DNA from: Malacoraja senta
Lineage: Eukaryota
Length of the DNA: 34,693 bases
Assembly (NCBI GenBank): GCA_038087875.1
Contig: JAXLNO010000525.1
Coordinates: 1 to 34,693, forward strand
Reading direction: 5' to 3'
Part shown: piece by piece, positions 9,670 to 20,427 of the stretch
Layout: every line of letters begins with the position of its first letter
Position numbering within the stretch: the stretch's first letter is position 1
Notes under the pieces: model-generated
Database searches by the model: none
Seen by the model: only the letters and a program-made list of their open reading frames with translations
Told to the model about the DNA's origin: nothing
Position numbers and translations under genes: made by a program

Positions 9670-12600
9670 CTATGTTTGTAATAATTCTATAAATGCAGAC
9701 CACGTCAGGTGGAAGTGATCTGGTTTACCTGCTAGGAGGAGTCTTATCTCTTCAAGGTGTAGTGTTTCAAACATATTTGAAATCCACATATTTATAGTTG
9801 GTATTGGAGCCTTCTTCCAAAATTTTAGAATTAGCTTTTTTCCAGTTATTAACCCATAATCCATTAATTTCTTTTGAAACACATTTAGTTCTGGATCATC
9901 TTCCGTTATTCCGAAGATAATCCATTCTGCTTTGGGTATCAGTCTTGTTTTAAATAACTTTGTAAAGATTTCAAAAATTTCATTCCAAAATTTTTGAATT
10001 TTTGTACAGAAGACAAATGAGTGCGCTATAGTTGCTTCTTGGGATTGACATTTATCACAAATAGATGATACGTTTGGGAAAATTTTATGAATTTTAGTTT
10101 TCGAATAATATAATCTATGTAAAATTTTAAATTGTATTAAAGTGTGTCTTACATTAATCGAGCATTTATGTACTTTTAATAAGTATTCATTCCAACTTTC
10201 CTTTGAAATTTTAATAGCTAACTCTTGTTCCCAGTCTCTTCTGATACCCTCCGTAGATGGTATTTGTACATTTAAGATAATATTGTACAAATATGATATT
10301 AAGTTTGCTGATTCCGCTTTTGTCTGCATTGCCTCGTCCAGTACATCTGCTGGGTTATTATGATGATCTTTTATATATTTTTTCAAATAGTCGCATATTT
10401 GAAAGTATTTAAAATATTGATTATTTCCGAGTTTATATTTTATTTGTAATTGTTGAAATGAAAGTAATTTTCCAGTTTCATACAAGTCACCAAGCGTTTT
10501 AATTCCTAGTCTATCCCATTGTGTATAAGCTTTATCTATAATAGAAGGACTAAACGAAGGGTTATTGACTATAGGTAATAAAAGTGATAAGTTTCTTAAT
10601 TTTAAATTTTGTTTTATTTGTTTCCAAATACGGATTGTACTATGAATAATTGGGTTCTTATTATAGTTTATGTTATTCAATTTCATTGGAGAGAGGAGGA
10701 TCGCTCCAATGTTTCTAGAGGAGCAATCCTCTTTCTCCATTACAATCCAGTCTACTTGCTGGGCGGAGTTATCCATCAGTTGAATCATGTTTTTAATATT
10801 TACTGACCAATAATAATACATAAAATTGGGTAGTGCTAGACCTCCCAATACTTTAGATTTATTCAGATGGGTTTTTTGTATTCTATGTGATTTATAGTCC
10901 CATATAAAATTAGTGATATCTGAGTCGAGTTTTTTAAAAAACTTCTTAGGTAAGTATATAGGAATTGATTGAAATAGGTATAAAATTTGTGGTAAAAAGA
11001 TCATTTTTATTGCGTTTATTCGGCCTATTAAAGACATCGGAAGCGTTTTCCAGAATTTAATTAATGTATTCAGTTTATTAAGTAGGGGGTCAAAATTTGC
11101 CCTGAGCATACCTTGATATGCTCTGGTAATTTCGATTCCCAAATATTTAAATTTTTCTGTAGCTATTTTAAAAGGGAATTTTAAAAGATGTGTTGAATCT
11201 TTCGGTTTTATTGACATAATTTCACTTTTATTCCAATTTATTCTATATCCAGAAAAAGATCCGAAGTCTTCAATTAAATTTAATATATTTGGTATAGTGA
11301 TTTGAGGTTTTGTAATATACAATAATATATCATCCGCGTATAAAGATATTTTATTATATGAGTCTTTAGTATTATATCCATGAATATCAGGGTGTATTCT
11401 AATTTTTTCTGCTAGCGGTTCAATAATGAGAGCAAACAGCTGTGGTGATAATGAGCATCCTTGTCTATTTCCCCTTGATAGTTGAAATTTCGAGGATAAT
11501 ATGTTATTAGTAAGTATTCTAGCTGTAGGTTTGTTATATAGTAACTTAATCCATAAAATAAAATTCTCTCCCAGTTGAAATTTTTGTAATACTTTATCCA
11601 TATAATTCCATTCTACTTGATCAAATGCTTTTTCAGCATCCAGCGAAATAATTGATAATTCTTGATCTTCAGATTTGTGTGAGTGCATTATGTTGAGTAG
11701 ACGTCTCATATTATTAGAAGAGTATCTCTTAGGGATAAACCCTGTCTGATCTGGGTTTATTAATTTACTAATGTATTTACTTAATCTTCTGGCTAATGTT
11801 TTCGCTAATATTTTTTGATCTGTGTTTAACAATGCTATAGCTCTATATGAGCCAGGATCTTCTAAATCCTTATTTTTCTTAGGTATTAATGTAATCGTTG
11901 ATTCCGCTAATGTATCAGGTAGTATTCGTTTTTTAAAAGCGTATTGGTACATTTTTTGTAATCTTGGTATTATTTTTTCATAAAAGTTTTTATAAAATTC
12001 ATTAGTAAATCCATCAGGGCCTGGTGTTTTTCCATTTTTTAGTGAGTTTATTGTATCTTCTAATTCCTTAATTGAGATTTGTGCACCCAGTTCCTCTTGT
12101 TCCTTCAGCTCTAACTTTGGAAGATTACAGGTATCCAAGAACTTTGTGATATTATTGGAATCAATTATCGTTTTAGATGTATACAAATTCTCGTAAAATT
12201 GCGCAAATCTTTTATTAATATCCTTCGGTGTTGTTAATAATTCCCCTTTATCTGATTTGATCTTTGGTATAGTATGTTCCTTTTCTCGTTTTTTTAGCTG
12301 GCGAGCCAAAAGTTTATGCGGTTTATCCCCAAATTCAAAGTGCTCTTGTTTTGTAATTTGAAAAAGTCTTATAAGTTTGGCAGATAATAATTTATTTAAT
12401 TTAAATTTTAAAATTATTATTTTATTATGTTTATCTATTGTTGGATCTTTAGCATTATCTATATCCATTTGTCTAATAAGTTCTTCTAACTGTCTTTGTT
12501 CATTCTTATTCTTTTTATTTTGAAAAGCTTGATATGAAATTATAATACCCCTAATGTATGCTTTAAAAGATTCCCAAAGTAAAGTAGGCGATATATCTGA

Positions 12601-13461
12601 AGTATCATTTGTTTGAAAAAAGACCTCCATTTGTTCTTTTAAATATATACTCGCTTGTGGATCTTTTAAAATTTGAGAGTTAAATCTCCAGAATGAATTA
12701 TTCTTAGACAATCCTTCCAGTTTTAAAAAGAAAGTTAGTGGAGAATGGTCTGAAATTGAATTTGTATGATATATTGCATTAGATGTTTGGGGGATTAATT
12801 TTGTATCCAGCAGAAAGTAGTCTATACGTGAGTATGTCTTATGTACCATTGAGTAAAACGAATATTCCCTGCCAGTTGGGTTCACAATTCTCCAAACATC
12901 TGCTATATTAGTGTTGTTTATGTAGGTATTGAGGAGTTCCCCAGTTTTCGATTTCATATTCCCTCTCTGTTTTTGACTTGATTTATCTAAGTACGGGTCT
13001 AAAACACAATTAAAGTCTCCGCCTATTATAACATTTTGATAGTTTGACTCTGCAATTATATTGAAGATTTTATTGAAAAAGTGGGGGTTATCAAAGTTAG
13101 GGGCATATATATTTACCAAAGTAAGTGGAGTGTCATGGATTTCTCCATTAACTATTAGGTATCTCCCTTCTATATCTGTTATAATATTCTTTGCTTTAAA
13201 TGGTATACCTTTTCTTATGATAATTGACGTGCCTCTAGATTTTGAAGTGAATGAAGAGTGGTATGTTTGACCTATCCATTTCGCCCTCAGCCTAACTTGG
13301 TCCTGAGGTTTTAGGTGTGTTTCTTGTAGGAAGGTAATGTCAGAATTATACATTTTTAGCTGAGCTAATATCTTACCCCTTTTGATAGGTTCATTAATGC
13401 CTCTTATATTCCAACTACAAAATGAGACTCCTCCTAGGTTCTTTTGTGTGGTGTCATGCAT
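9670..13461 (-). CDS. ORF2: L1 ORF2p: APE endonuclease, reverse transcriptase, C-terminal CCHC knuckle (1263 aa)
   Basis: EN motifs SWNIRG, LQETH, NIYAP, GGDFN, SRIDY, SDH. RT motifs PGPDG, LDAEKAFD, RQGCSLSP, LYADD, KYLG. Knuckle CDKC-x8-H-x4-C. No stops. Confidence 0.97.
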   Translation of the reverse strand: MHDTTQKNLGGVSFCSWNIRGINEPIKRGKILAQLKMYNSDITFLQETHLKPQDQVRLRAKWIGQTYHSSFTSKSRGTSIIIRKGIPFKAKNIITDIEGRYLIVNGEIHDTPLTLVNIYAPNFDNPHFFNKIFNIIAESNYQNVIIGGDFNCVLDPYLDKSSQKQRGNMKSKTGELLNTYINNTNIADVWRIVNPTGREYSFYSMVHKTYSRIDYFLLDTKLIPQTSNAIYHTNSISDHSPLTFFLKLEGLSKNNSFWRFNSQILKDPQASIYLKEQMEVFFQTNDTSDISPTLLWESFKAYIRGIIISYQAFQNKKNKNEQRQLEELIRQMDIDNAKDPTIDKHNKIIILKFKLNKLLSAKLIRLFQITKQEHFEFGDKPHKLLARQLKKREKEHTIPKIKSDKGELLTTPKDINKRFAQFYENLYTSKTIIDSNNITKFLDTCNLPKLELKEQEELGAQISIKELEDTINSLKNGKTPGPDGFTNEFYKNFYEKIIPRLQKMYQYAFKKRILPDTLAESTITLIPKKNKDLEDPGSYRAIALLNTDQKILAKTLARRLSKYISKLINPDQTGFIPKRYSSNNMRRLLNIMHSHKSEDQELSIISLDAEKAFDQVEWNYMDKVLQKFQLGENFILWIKLLYNKPTARILTNNILSSKFQLSRGNRQGCSLSPQLFALIIEPLAEKIRIHPDIHGYNTKDSYNKISLYADDILLYITKPQITIPNILNLIEDFGSFSGYRINWNKSEIMSIKPKDSTHLLKFPFKIATEKFKYLGIEITRAYQGMLRANFDPLLNKLNTLIKFWKTLPMSLIGRINAIKMIFLPQILYLFQSIPIYLPKKFFKKLDSDITNFIWDYKSHRIQKTHLNKSKVLGGLALPNFMYYYWSVNIKNMIQLMDNSAQQVDWIVMEKEDCSSRNIGAILLSPMKLNNINYNKNPIIHSTIRIWKQIKQNLKLRNLSLLLPIVNNPSFSPSIIDKAYTQWDRLGIKTLGDLYETGKLLSFQQLQIKYKLGNNQYFKYFQICDYLKKYIKDHHNNPADVLDEAMQTKAESANLISYLYNIILNVQIPSTEGIRRDWEQELAIKISKESWNEYLLKVHKCSINVRHTLIQFKILHRLYYSKTKIHKIFPNVSSICDKCQSQEATIAHSFVFCTKIQKFWNEIFEIFTKLFKTRLIPKAEWIIFGITEDDPELNVFQKKLMDYGLITGKKLILKFWKKAPIPTINMWISNMFETLHLEEIRLLLAGKPDHFHLTWSAFIELLQT

Positions 13462-14267
13462 TTTGAATAATTATAGTACCTTTGAATCTTGTGGTGCGTC
13501 CATATCCCAGGTCTTTAGGTATTGGGGGAGTTTTTGAATTATTAACTTTTGTTGGTATGTCCATATTATTCTTATCACTAAACACAAAACACAAACAAGT
13601 GATTTTATGTAATAAAAAAAAAACTAAAAGAGTGAGGCTACAGTGTCTATAGTCGGCACTGTAGCAAGTGACCCACCTGTAGGTGGGGAAAAACCTTATT
13701 TTGACTTCCATTGCGTTGTTGCTCAACTCGCTCCGCTCTCTTAGTTAATCATAACATATTAAAATATTAAAACGAGGCCTCACATTCATATATATAATAC
13801 AATTTTACCCTGATATTTCCTTATAACATATATATATATCAGAGTTTAATTATTAAACCAATATTTTTGATTTCAATAAGAATCAGCTGTTGGTTGAAGG
13901 GGTTAACGAGACGTGCTCCTGGACATAAGCCAGGAGCTCGTTTCTCATCCCCTCCTCCTGCTTATAGACAAGGTTACAATTTATTAAAAATTCATATTAG
14001 TATGTTAGTTCATTATTTTTTTTGTTTTTTTTGTTAGTATTCTAATCTAACCTGCATAACTTTTAAAGTTGTTAATAGGATAAGTTCTTACAATTGGTTA
14101 TAACATTTTAATCAATAAGCAATTATTTTCTAATTCATATCCCGTTATAAAGTTGTTTACACGTTTTGAACAGAAAATGTCCTTGCTTCAACATTCCGGA
14201 GATAACAGTGTAACTATCCCCAGACAAAACATAGCTGAGAATTATTCGGATCTGCCAAAGCTCCCTT

Positions 14268-15338
14268 TTATTTCTGTCTTTCAACAATCGTTTGGGCATA
14301 TTTGAAAGCGTCTTCAGGCTTAACAAATGACTTTTCAAGACCATTAAAAGAAATACGCATTTTAGCGGGATAAAAAACCCCGAATCTGACCCCTTCTCTC
14401 CCTCTTAAAAGATCTTTAACCTTATCAAATTTGTTTCTTTTTTGCACAATTTCATGTGGGTAGTCCCTGAATATCTTAATAGTGTCTTTGTCCAGCCGTA
14501 ATTGTACACCATATTTGATATGGGTCATAACATATTCCAGTTCTGCAGTATCTCGAAATTTCACTATAATATGTCGTGGATAAGCTTTTCCCGCATCAAA
14601 TCTTTTTCCAAATCTTGGGACACGATGAGCCACTTCGATTTTCGGTTCCTTGGGAAGATTCAACAGTTGTTTCAACAAGCCCATGGCAAATTCACGTACC
14701 TGTTCCCCTTCTGCCCCCTCTGAAACACCAAGAATCCTCAGATTCTGGCGTCTAGAACGAGCTTCCAGGTCCAGGCATTTGAATGAGACTTTCTCTAATT
14801 GAGTCCCCATTTGTAGTGATGCTTGTTCGTTTTCTCGCCTCATTTGCTCATGTTCTTGCCTCAGTTTCGCCATGTCTTCAACAAGTCGTGCCGTATTTTT
14901 CTCCAATTCCGTGATTGTCTGCATACTTGCAGCTACTGTTTCAAGTACAGCCGTGAACTTATCCGTAGTAATTACATCCATCTTATCCATTTTCTCTGAT
15001 AGTCCATCTTTCACCTCATCAATTCGTTTATTCATAGTGTCCAGTAAATCCGTCATATTCTTCTGGTTACCAGCATTTAAATCCTTCATCATCTTCTGCA
15101 TTCCTTCCATCATTTTTGCCGAATTTTCCTTCATTTCCTTCTTATCTTCCACCCTATTATCCGAGATCTCATCTTTCAAATTTTTCATTGATTTTTTCAA
15201 GTCATCAAAGTCTTTCTTAGATCTTGTATCCATTTCTGCAGCCACTTCAGAGACTTCAGAGGTAACTTCAGTTTCGAACTGTTTCGACAGTTTATTCACA
15301 GCTCTCTGAGGGCTCACAGCTGGAGTCAATTTACTCAT
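14268..15338 (-). CDS. ORF1: L1 ORF1p nucleic-acid chaperone (coiled coil, RRM, CTD; 356 aa)
   Basis: Long heptad-like coiled-coil region, then LEARSRRQNLRILGVSE, AHRV, PRHIIVKF, IFRDY and FYPAKMRI, typical of vertebrate L1 ORF1p. Confidence 0.95.
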   Translation of the reverse strand: MSKLTPAVSPQRAVNKLSKQFETEVTSEVSEVAAEMDTRSKKDFDDLKKSMKNLKDEISDNRVEDKKEMKENSAKMMEGMQKMMKDLNAGNQKNMTDLLDTMNKRIDEVKDGLSEKMDKMDVITTDKFTAVLETVAASMQTITELEKNTARLVEDMAKLRQEHEQMRRENEQASLQMGTQLEKVSFKCLDLEARSRRQNLRILGVSEGAEGEQVREFAMGLLKQLLNLPKEPKIEVAHRVPRFGKRFDAGKAYPRHIIVKFRDTAELEYVMTHIKYGVQLRLDKDTIKIFRDYPHEIVQKRNKFDKVKDLLRGREGVRFGVFYPAKMRISFNGLEKSFVKPEDAFKYAQTIVERQK

Positions 15339-15531
15339 TTAAAGGGCTTCAAACCACCGTTTAAAACATCGCGTTTAACGATGACGTCATCAGCGCGGTA
15401 ACCAGAAGCTCCGGTAAGGTTTTTAAAAACAATCCCGATTTTCGGACCCGTTTTACACGATAAATCGTGAAGTTTTTCGGGAGAGGAGCTGGGTGCACGT
15501 CTGTTAGTCTAACATGACGCCACCGGAAGTC
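15339..15531 (-). promoter_or_regulatory. L1 5' UTR / putative internal promoter with ETS and CRE motifs
   Basis: CpG-rich 193 bp; CCGGAAGT at 15523-15530; palindromic GATGACGTCATC at 15380-15391. Confidence 0.6.
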
Positions 15532-15640
15532 TAATTTTGCATTCTGATTGTCTGCTTGGTTTGATTTGAGTATCACTTGTTCCACATCAGAAATCCCTTT
15601 TAACTTAATAAAATTAACATCAGGAATGAACCATATGTCG

Positions 15641-15830
15641 TCAAGAGTCAAGAATGTTCAATTAGACAATGGAACAATGAAATTATTGCTTGCAGCAGCT
15701 TATAAAAAAACACCACACATATAGATAATATATAATAAACAAATATTCAATAAATCAATTACCCCAATGCAAGTGCAAAATAAAATCCCCAAAGTCATTA
15801 GTGCAACAAAAGACAGCCCACAGTTCAGAA
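15641..15830 (-). mobile_element. Rex/L2-type retroposon 3' tail
   Basis: Minus strand GCTGCTGCAAGCAATAATTTCATTGTTCC.. ending in (CTTGACT)n-like repeats. Confidence 0.5.
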
Positions 15831-16850
15831 TTGAGATAAGATTCATATTGTGAAACTTGCGGGCAGCTTTGTGAGCGGTCTTTGTTAGGATCATCAACGA
15901 GTTCGCTGGCTTCATTACTAACTGCAAACTTCTGAGCAGTACATTTTAACAATTGAATTCTGGCCATCATGTGTAAAATTATGATTGCCTTCTCACGAGT
16001 TGATCGTTAAACCAGATATTGCAACACATCTTTCAGACTCTTTACTTAAAATTACCAATATGGCTTGCATGTTGATAGCTGATGTATTACATTCTGCTGG
16101 CATTGCGTAAATCCTTAGCAATAATAAACACAATGAGGTGTGAAAGGGGAATTTTTAAAGTACAAGTGGACATTGCTGCAAATGATGTGCCAAGCTAATG
16201 AAGCTGTAGCATGGAACTACATGCTTGCTAACTGTCAGAAGAAGCAAGATGCTGTCGTCAGATCTGAGTAAACTCACAAGTAATGGATTAGTTCAAAGGT
16301 TTGCAGTCCTGTCACATCCAATGGCAGCAGCCAATTAAGTGGCTAACAGGAGGCAAAGGATGTGTGAGCATTCTCATCTTTGCTGTTGCAATGTGAGCAT
16401 AAAAGGCAAGACCTTTTATTGAGACTGGCACATGCAAGGATCTTCAATCAGAACTGCCAATCAGAAGATTTGCTAATGCCTCTTCCCGGATCAACATCAT
16501 CAAGATGTCAATCTTCAATAATTGTATTCATTTGAAATTATGTTCATAAGCTCATAAGTTCTAGGAGCCATTCAGCCCATCAAGCCTACTCCACCATTTA
16601 ATTATAGAAACATAGAAACATAGAAAATAGGTGCAGGAGTAGGCCATTCAGCCCTTCGAGCCTGCACCGCCATTCAATATGATGATGGCTGATCATCCAA
16701 CTCAGTATCCTGTACCTGCTTTCTCTCCATACCTCCTGATACCTTTAGCCACAAGGGCCACATCTAACTCCCTCTTAAATATAGCCAATGAACTGGGCTC
16801 AACTACTTTCTGTGGCAGAGAATCCCACAGACTTACCACTCTCTGTGTGG

Positions 16851-17422
16851 AAAAAAAAAGTATTCTTTAATTATGGGTTAATAATTGGAAAGAAATTGAT
16901 GCTTAAATTTTGGAAAAATACAGCTATACCAACTATTAAAATGTGGATTAGGAATATGACGGACATAGCACACCTTGAAGAAATGAGACTCCGCCTAATA
17001 GATAAATATGACCAATTCTTAAGGAGTTGGTCCCCTTTCATCGACTTTTTGGAATCATGTGACGCAGCGGTACCGTAAAGATTACTGATTTCAGGTCAGG
17101 TCGTGGATAGATTTACATCTCCGAACAAAGATTTGAAAATGTCTTTTTTAAGGGCCTTTTTCTACTATTTCTACTATTTCTACTTTTTCTTTTCTTATAT
17201 AAACACATCACGTTTTTCTATTTTCTACTATCTATTTTTCCTCTTTTTTTTCTTTCTATTTTTTTTTTTTTTTACTTCCTTTTCAAAAACATAAAACTAA
17301 AGGTTGTACATAGAATGTATTACGTTATGAAATAGTTGGCACCTAAAATTAGGTACCGCTGTATTGTTTTGTATTGTATTAACCTCTAATAAAATAAAAA
17401 ATAAAAAAATAATTAAAAAAAT
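16851..17422 (+). mobile_element. 5'-truncated L1 (ORF2 C-terminus, 3' UTR, poly(A)); different subfamily from the full-length copy
   Basis: YGLIIGKKLMLKFWK..IPTIKMWI..HLEEMRL aligns with the end of ORF2 at 9670-13461; stop at 17078; AATAAA and A-rich tail. Confidence 0.9.
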
Positions 17423-17539
17423 ATATAGCCAATGAACTGGCCTCAACTACATTCTGTGGCAGAGAATTCCAGAGATTCACCACTCACTGTGTAAAAAATG
17501 TTTTTCTCATCTCAGTCCTAAAAGATTTCCCCTTTATCC

Positions 17540-18883
17540 TTAAACTGTGACCCCCTTGTTCTGGACTTCCCCAACATCGGGAACAATCTTCCTGCATCTA
17601 GCCTGTCCAAACCCCTTAAGAATTTTGTAAGTTTCTACAAGATCCCCCCTCAATCTTCTAAATTCCAGCAAGTACAAGCCAAGTCTATCCAGTCTTTCCT
17701 CATATGGAAGTCCTGACATCCCAGGAATCAGTCTGGTGAACCTTCTCTGTACTCCCTCTATGACAAGAATGTCCTTCCTCAGATTAGGAGACCAAAACTG
17801 TACGCAATACTCCAGGTGTGGTCTCACCAAGACCCTGTACAACTGCAGTAGAACCTCCCTGCTCCTATATTCAAATCCTTTTGCTATGAATGCTAACATA
17901 CCATTCGCTTTCTTCACTGCCTGCTGCACCTGCATGCCCACTTTCAATGACTGGTGTACCATGACACCCAGGTCTCGTTGCATCTCCCCTTTTCCTAATT
18001 GGCCACCATTCAGGTAATAGTCTACTTTCCTGTTTTTGCCACCAAAGTGGATAACCTCACATTTATCCACATTATACTGCATCTGCCATGCATTTGCCCA
18101 CTCACCCAGCCTATCCAAGTCATCTTGCAGCCTCCTAGCACCCACCTCACAGCTAACACTGCCCCCCAGCTTCGTGTCATCTGCGAACTTGGAGATGTTG
18201 CATTCTATTCCCTCGTCCAAATCATTAATATATATTGTAAATAGCTGGGGTCCCAGCACTGAGCCTTGCGGTACCCCACTAGTCACTGCCTGCCATTCTG
18301 AAAAGGACCCGTTTACTCCTACTCTTTGCTTCCTGTCTGCCAGCCAGTTCTCTATCCACATCAATACTGAACCCCCAATACCGTGTGCTTTAAGTTTGTA
18401 TACTAATCTCTTATGTGGGACCTTGTCGAAAGCCTTCTGAAAGTCCAGATATAACACATCCACTGGTTCTCCCTTAGCCACTCTACTAGTTACATCCTCG
18501 AAAAATTCTATAAGATTCGTCAGACATGATTTACCTTTCATGAATCCATGCTGACTTTGTCCAATGATTTCACCATTTTCCAAATGTGCTGCTATCCCAT
18601 CTTTAATAACTGACTCTAGCAGTTTCCCCACTACCGATGTTAGACTAACTGGTCTGTAATTCCCCGTTTTCTCGCTCCCTCCCTTTTTTAAAAGTGGGGT
18701 TACATTAGCTACCCTCCAATCCTCAGGAACTACTCCAGAATCTAAAGACTTTTGAAAAATTATCACTAATGCATCCACTATTTCTGGGGCTACTCCCTTA
18801 AGTACTCTGGGATGCAGCCTATCTGGCCACATTTTACCTAACACCACTTTCCGGCTAACCTGGATTTCACTCAGTTCCTCCAT
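17540..18883 (-). pseudogene. CR1 reverse transcriptase segment (447-aa open stretch)
   Basis: Complete RT motif set in the ORF track. Frameshifts separate it from upstream EN/linker ORFs, and a short deletion removes the usual KSPG before PD. Confidence 0.9.
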
Positions 18884-18889
18884 CTCATT

Positions 18890-19880
18890 TCACCCCCGGT
18901 CCCCTGCTATTTCCGGCAGATTAATTAAGTATTCCTTAGTGAAGACAGAACCAAAGTAGTTATTCAATTGGTCTGCCATGTCCTTGTTCCCCATGATCAA
19001 TTCACCTGTTTCTGACTGCAAGGGACCTACATTTGTTTTAACTAATCTTTTTCTCTTCACATATCTATAAAAACTTTTGCAGTCAGTTTTTATGTTCCCT
19101 GCCAGTTTTCTTTCATAATCTATTTTCCCTTTCCTAATTAAACCCTTTGTCCTCCTCTGCTGGATTCTGAATTTCTCCATCCTCTGGTAGGCTGCTTTTT
19201 CTGCCTAATTTGTATGCTTCATCTTTTGTTTTGATACTATCCCTGATTTTCCTTGTTATCCATGGATGCACTACCTTCCCTGATTTATTCTTTTGCCAAA
19301 CTGGGATGAACAATTGTTGTAGTTCATCCATGCAGCCTTTAAATGCCTTCCATTGCATATCCACCGTCAACCCTTTAAGAATCAATTGCCAGTCTATCTT
19401 GGCCAATTCACGTCTCATACCCTCAAAGTTACCTTTCTTTAAGTTCAGAACCCTTGTTTCTGAATTAATTATGTCACTCTCCCTCCTAATGAAGAACTCA
19501 ACCATATTATGGTCACTCTTGCCCAAGGGGCAACGCACAACAAGACTGATAACTAACCCTTCCTCATTACTCAATACCCAGTCTAGAATAGCCTGCTCTC
19601 TCGTTGGTTCCTCTACATGTTGATTTAGAAAACTATCCCGCATACATTCCAAGAAATCCTCTCCCTCAGCACCCCTGCCAATTTGATTCACCCAATCTAT
19701 ATGTAGATTGATGTCACCCATTATAACTGTTTTACCTTTGTTGGACGCATTTCTAATTTCCTGTTTGATGCCATCCCCAACTCCACTACTGCTGTTAGGT
19801 AGCCTGTACACAACTCCCACTAGCGTTTTCTGCCCCTTAGTGTTTCGCAGCTCTACCCATATCGATTCCACATCCTCCAA
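18890..19880 (-). pseudogene. CR1 ORF2 endonuclease C-terminal part and linker (frameshifted ORFs 19134-19880 and 18890-19180)
   Basis: ESIWVEL, GVVYR, LDWVLSN, SDHNMVEF, KSFYRYVKRK, LNNYFGSVFT. Confidence 0.85.
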
Positions 19881-19962
19881 GCTAATGTCCTTCCTTTCTA
19901 ATTCTAATTATGGCTGATCCATTCTTCCCTCTCAACCCCATTCTCCAGCCTTCTCCCCATAA

Positions 19963-20043
19963 GAAATGCTGCCTGAACCGCTGAGTTACTCCAGCACTTT
20001 GTGTCTTTCTTTGGGATAAACCAGCATCTGCAGTTCCTTTCTA
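19963..20043 (+). mobile_element. Penelope-like pseudo-LTR remnant
   Basis: ATGCTGCCTGAACCGCTGAGTTACTCCAGCACTTTGTGTC..CCAGCATCTGCAGTTCC. Confidence 0.7.
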
Positions 20044-20046
20044 TGC

Positions 20047-20202
20047 AGGTTTATATGTTAATTGGCTTCAATTAAAAAAATGTAAATTGTCCCTAGTGTG
20101 CAGGATAGTGCCAGTGTGCAGGATGATCTCTGGTCGACGTGGATTCGGTGGGTCGAAGGGCCTGTTTCCACACCGTATCTCTAAAGCCTATAGCCTAAAG
20201 TC
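20047..20202 (+). mobile_element. HE1-like SINE 3' half
   Basis: AAATTGTCCCTAGTGTG..GGGCCTGTTTCCAC..TATCTCTAAAG. Confidence 0.8.
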
Positions 20203-20427
20203 TCAAGATGACCTGTCTCGTGGTATCAGAATCTCAAGCAGCAGATGAGAAGATTCTTATTCCAGAAATTTATTTCACTATTCTCTCCGAAAGGCTTTGA
20301 CCACCAGAAAAGCTAAAAACTTTCTTTGCTGGCTGTAAAAGCTGTCGTCAGTGTTTACAGATTGTAAATGTTTTTGACATTATTTAAAAACTATTAGCAT
20401 TGCAGTAAATAAGTAATATCCCCAAAA

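Larger units (their letters stand above)
9240..15531 (-). mobile_element. Full-length, apparently intact L1 (LINE-1) retrotransposon
   Basis: Perfect 14-bp TSD TAATTTTGCATTCT at 9226-9239 and 15532-15545; poly(A) seen as T-run to 9267 with adjacent AATAAA; 5' end GACTTCCGG; two open ORFs. Confidence 0.97.
16606..19904 (-). mobile_element. 5'-truncated CR1 LINE (partial EN, RT, 3' UTR), interrupted by an L1 fragment
   Basis: EN motifs GVVYR, MGDIN, LGKSDH; RT motifs LDFQKAFDKV, GVPQGSVLGP, FADDTK; (TTCTATGT)n tail; 7-bp TSD TAATTAT at 16599-16605 and 19905-19911. Confidence 0.92.
16541..19962 (-). mobile_element. Older CR1 3' UTR split by the younger CR1 (halves 16541-16605 and 19905-19962)
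   Basis: Halves rejoin as ..CTACTCCACCATTTAATTATGGCTGATCC.., matching the uninterrupted copy at ~25230-25260. Confidence 0.75.

Noticed and set aside
14872..15309. 145-aa ORF antisense to L1 ORF1 (ORF0-like)
   Set aside because: S/F/I-rich composition expected from the reverse complement of a K/E/D/M-rich coiled coil.
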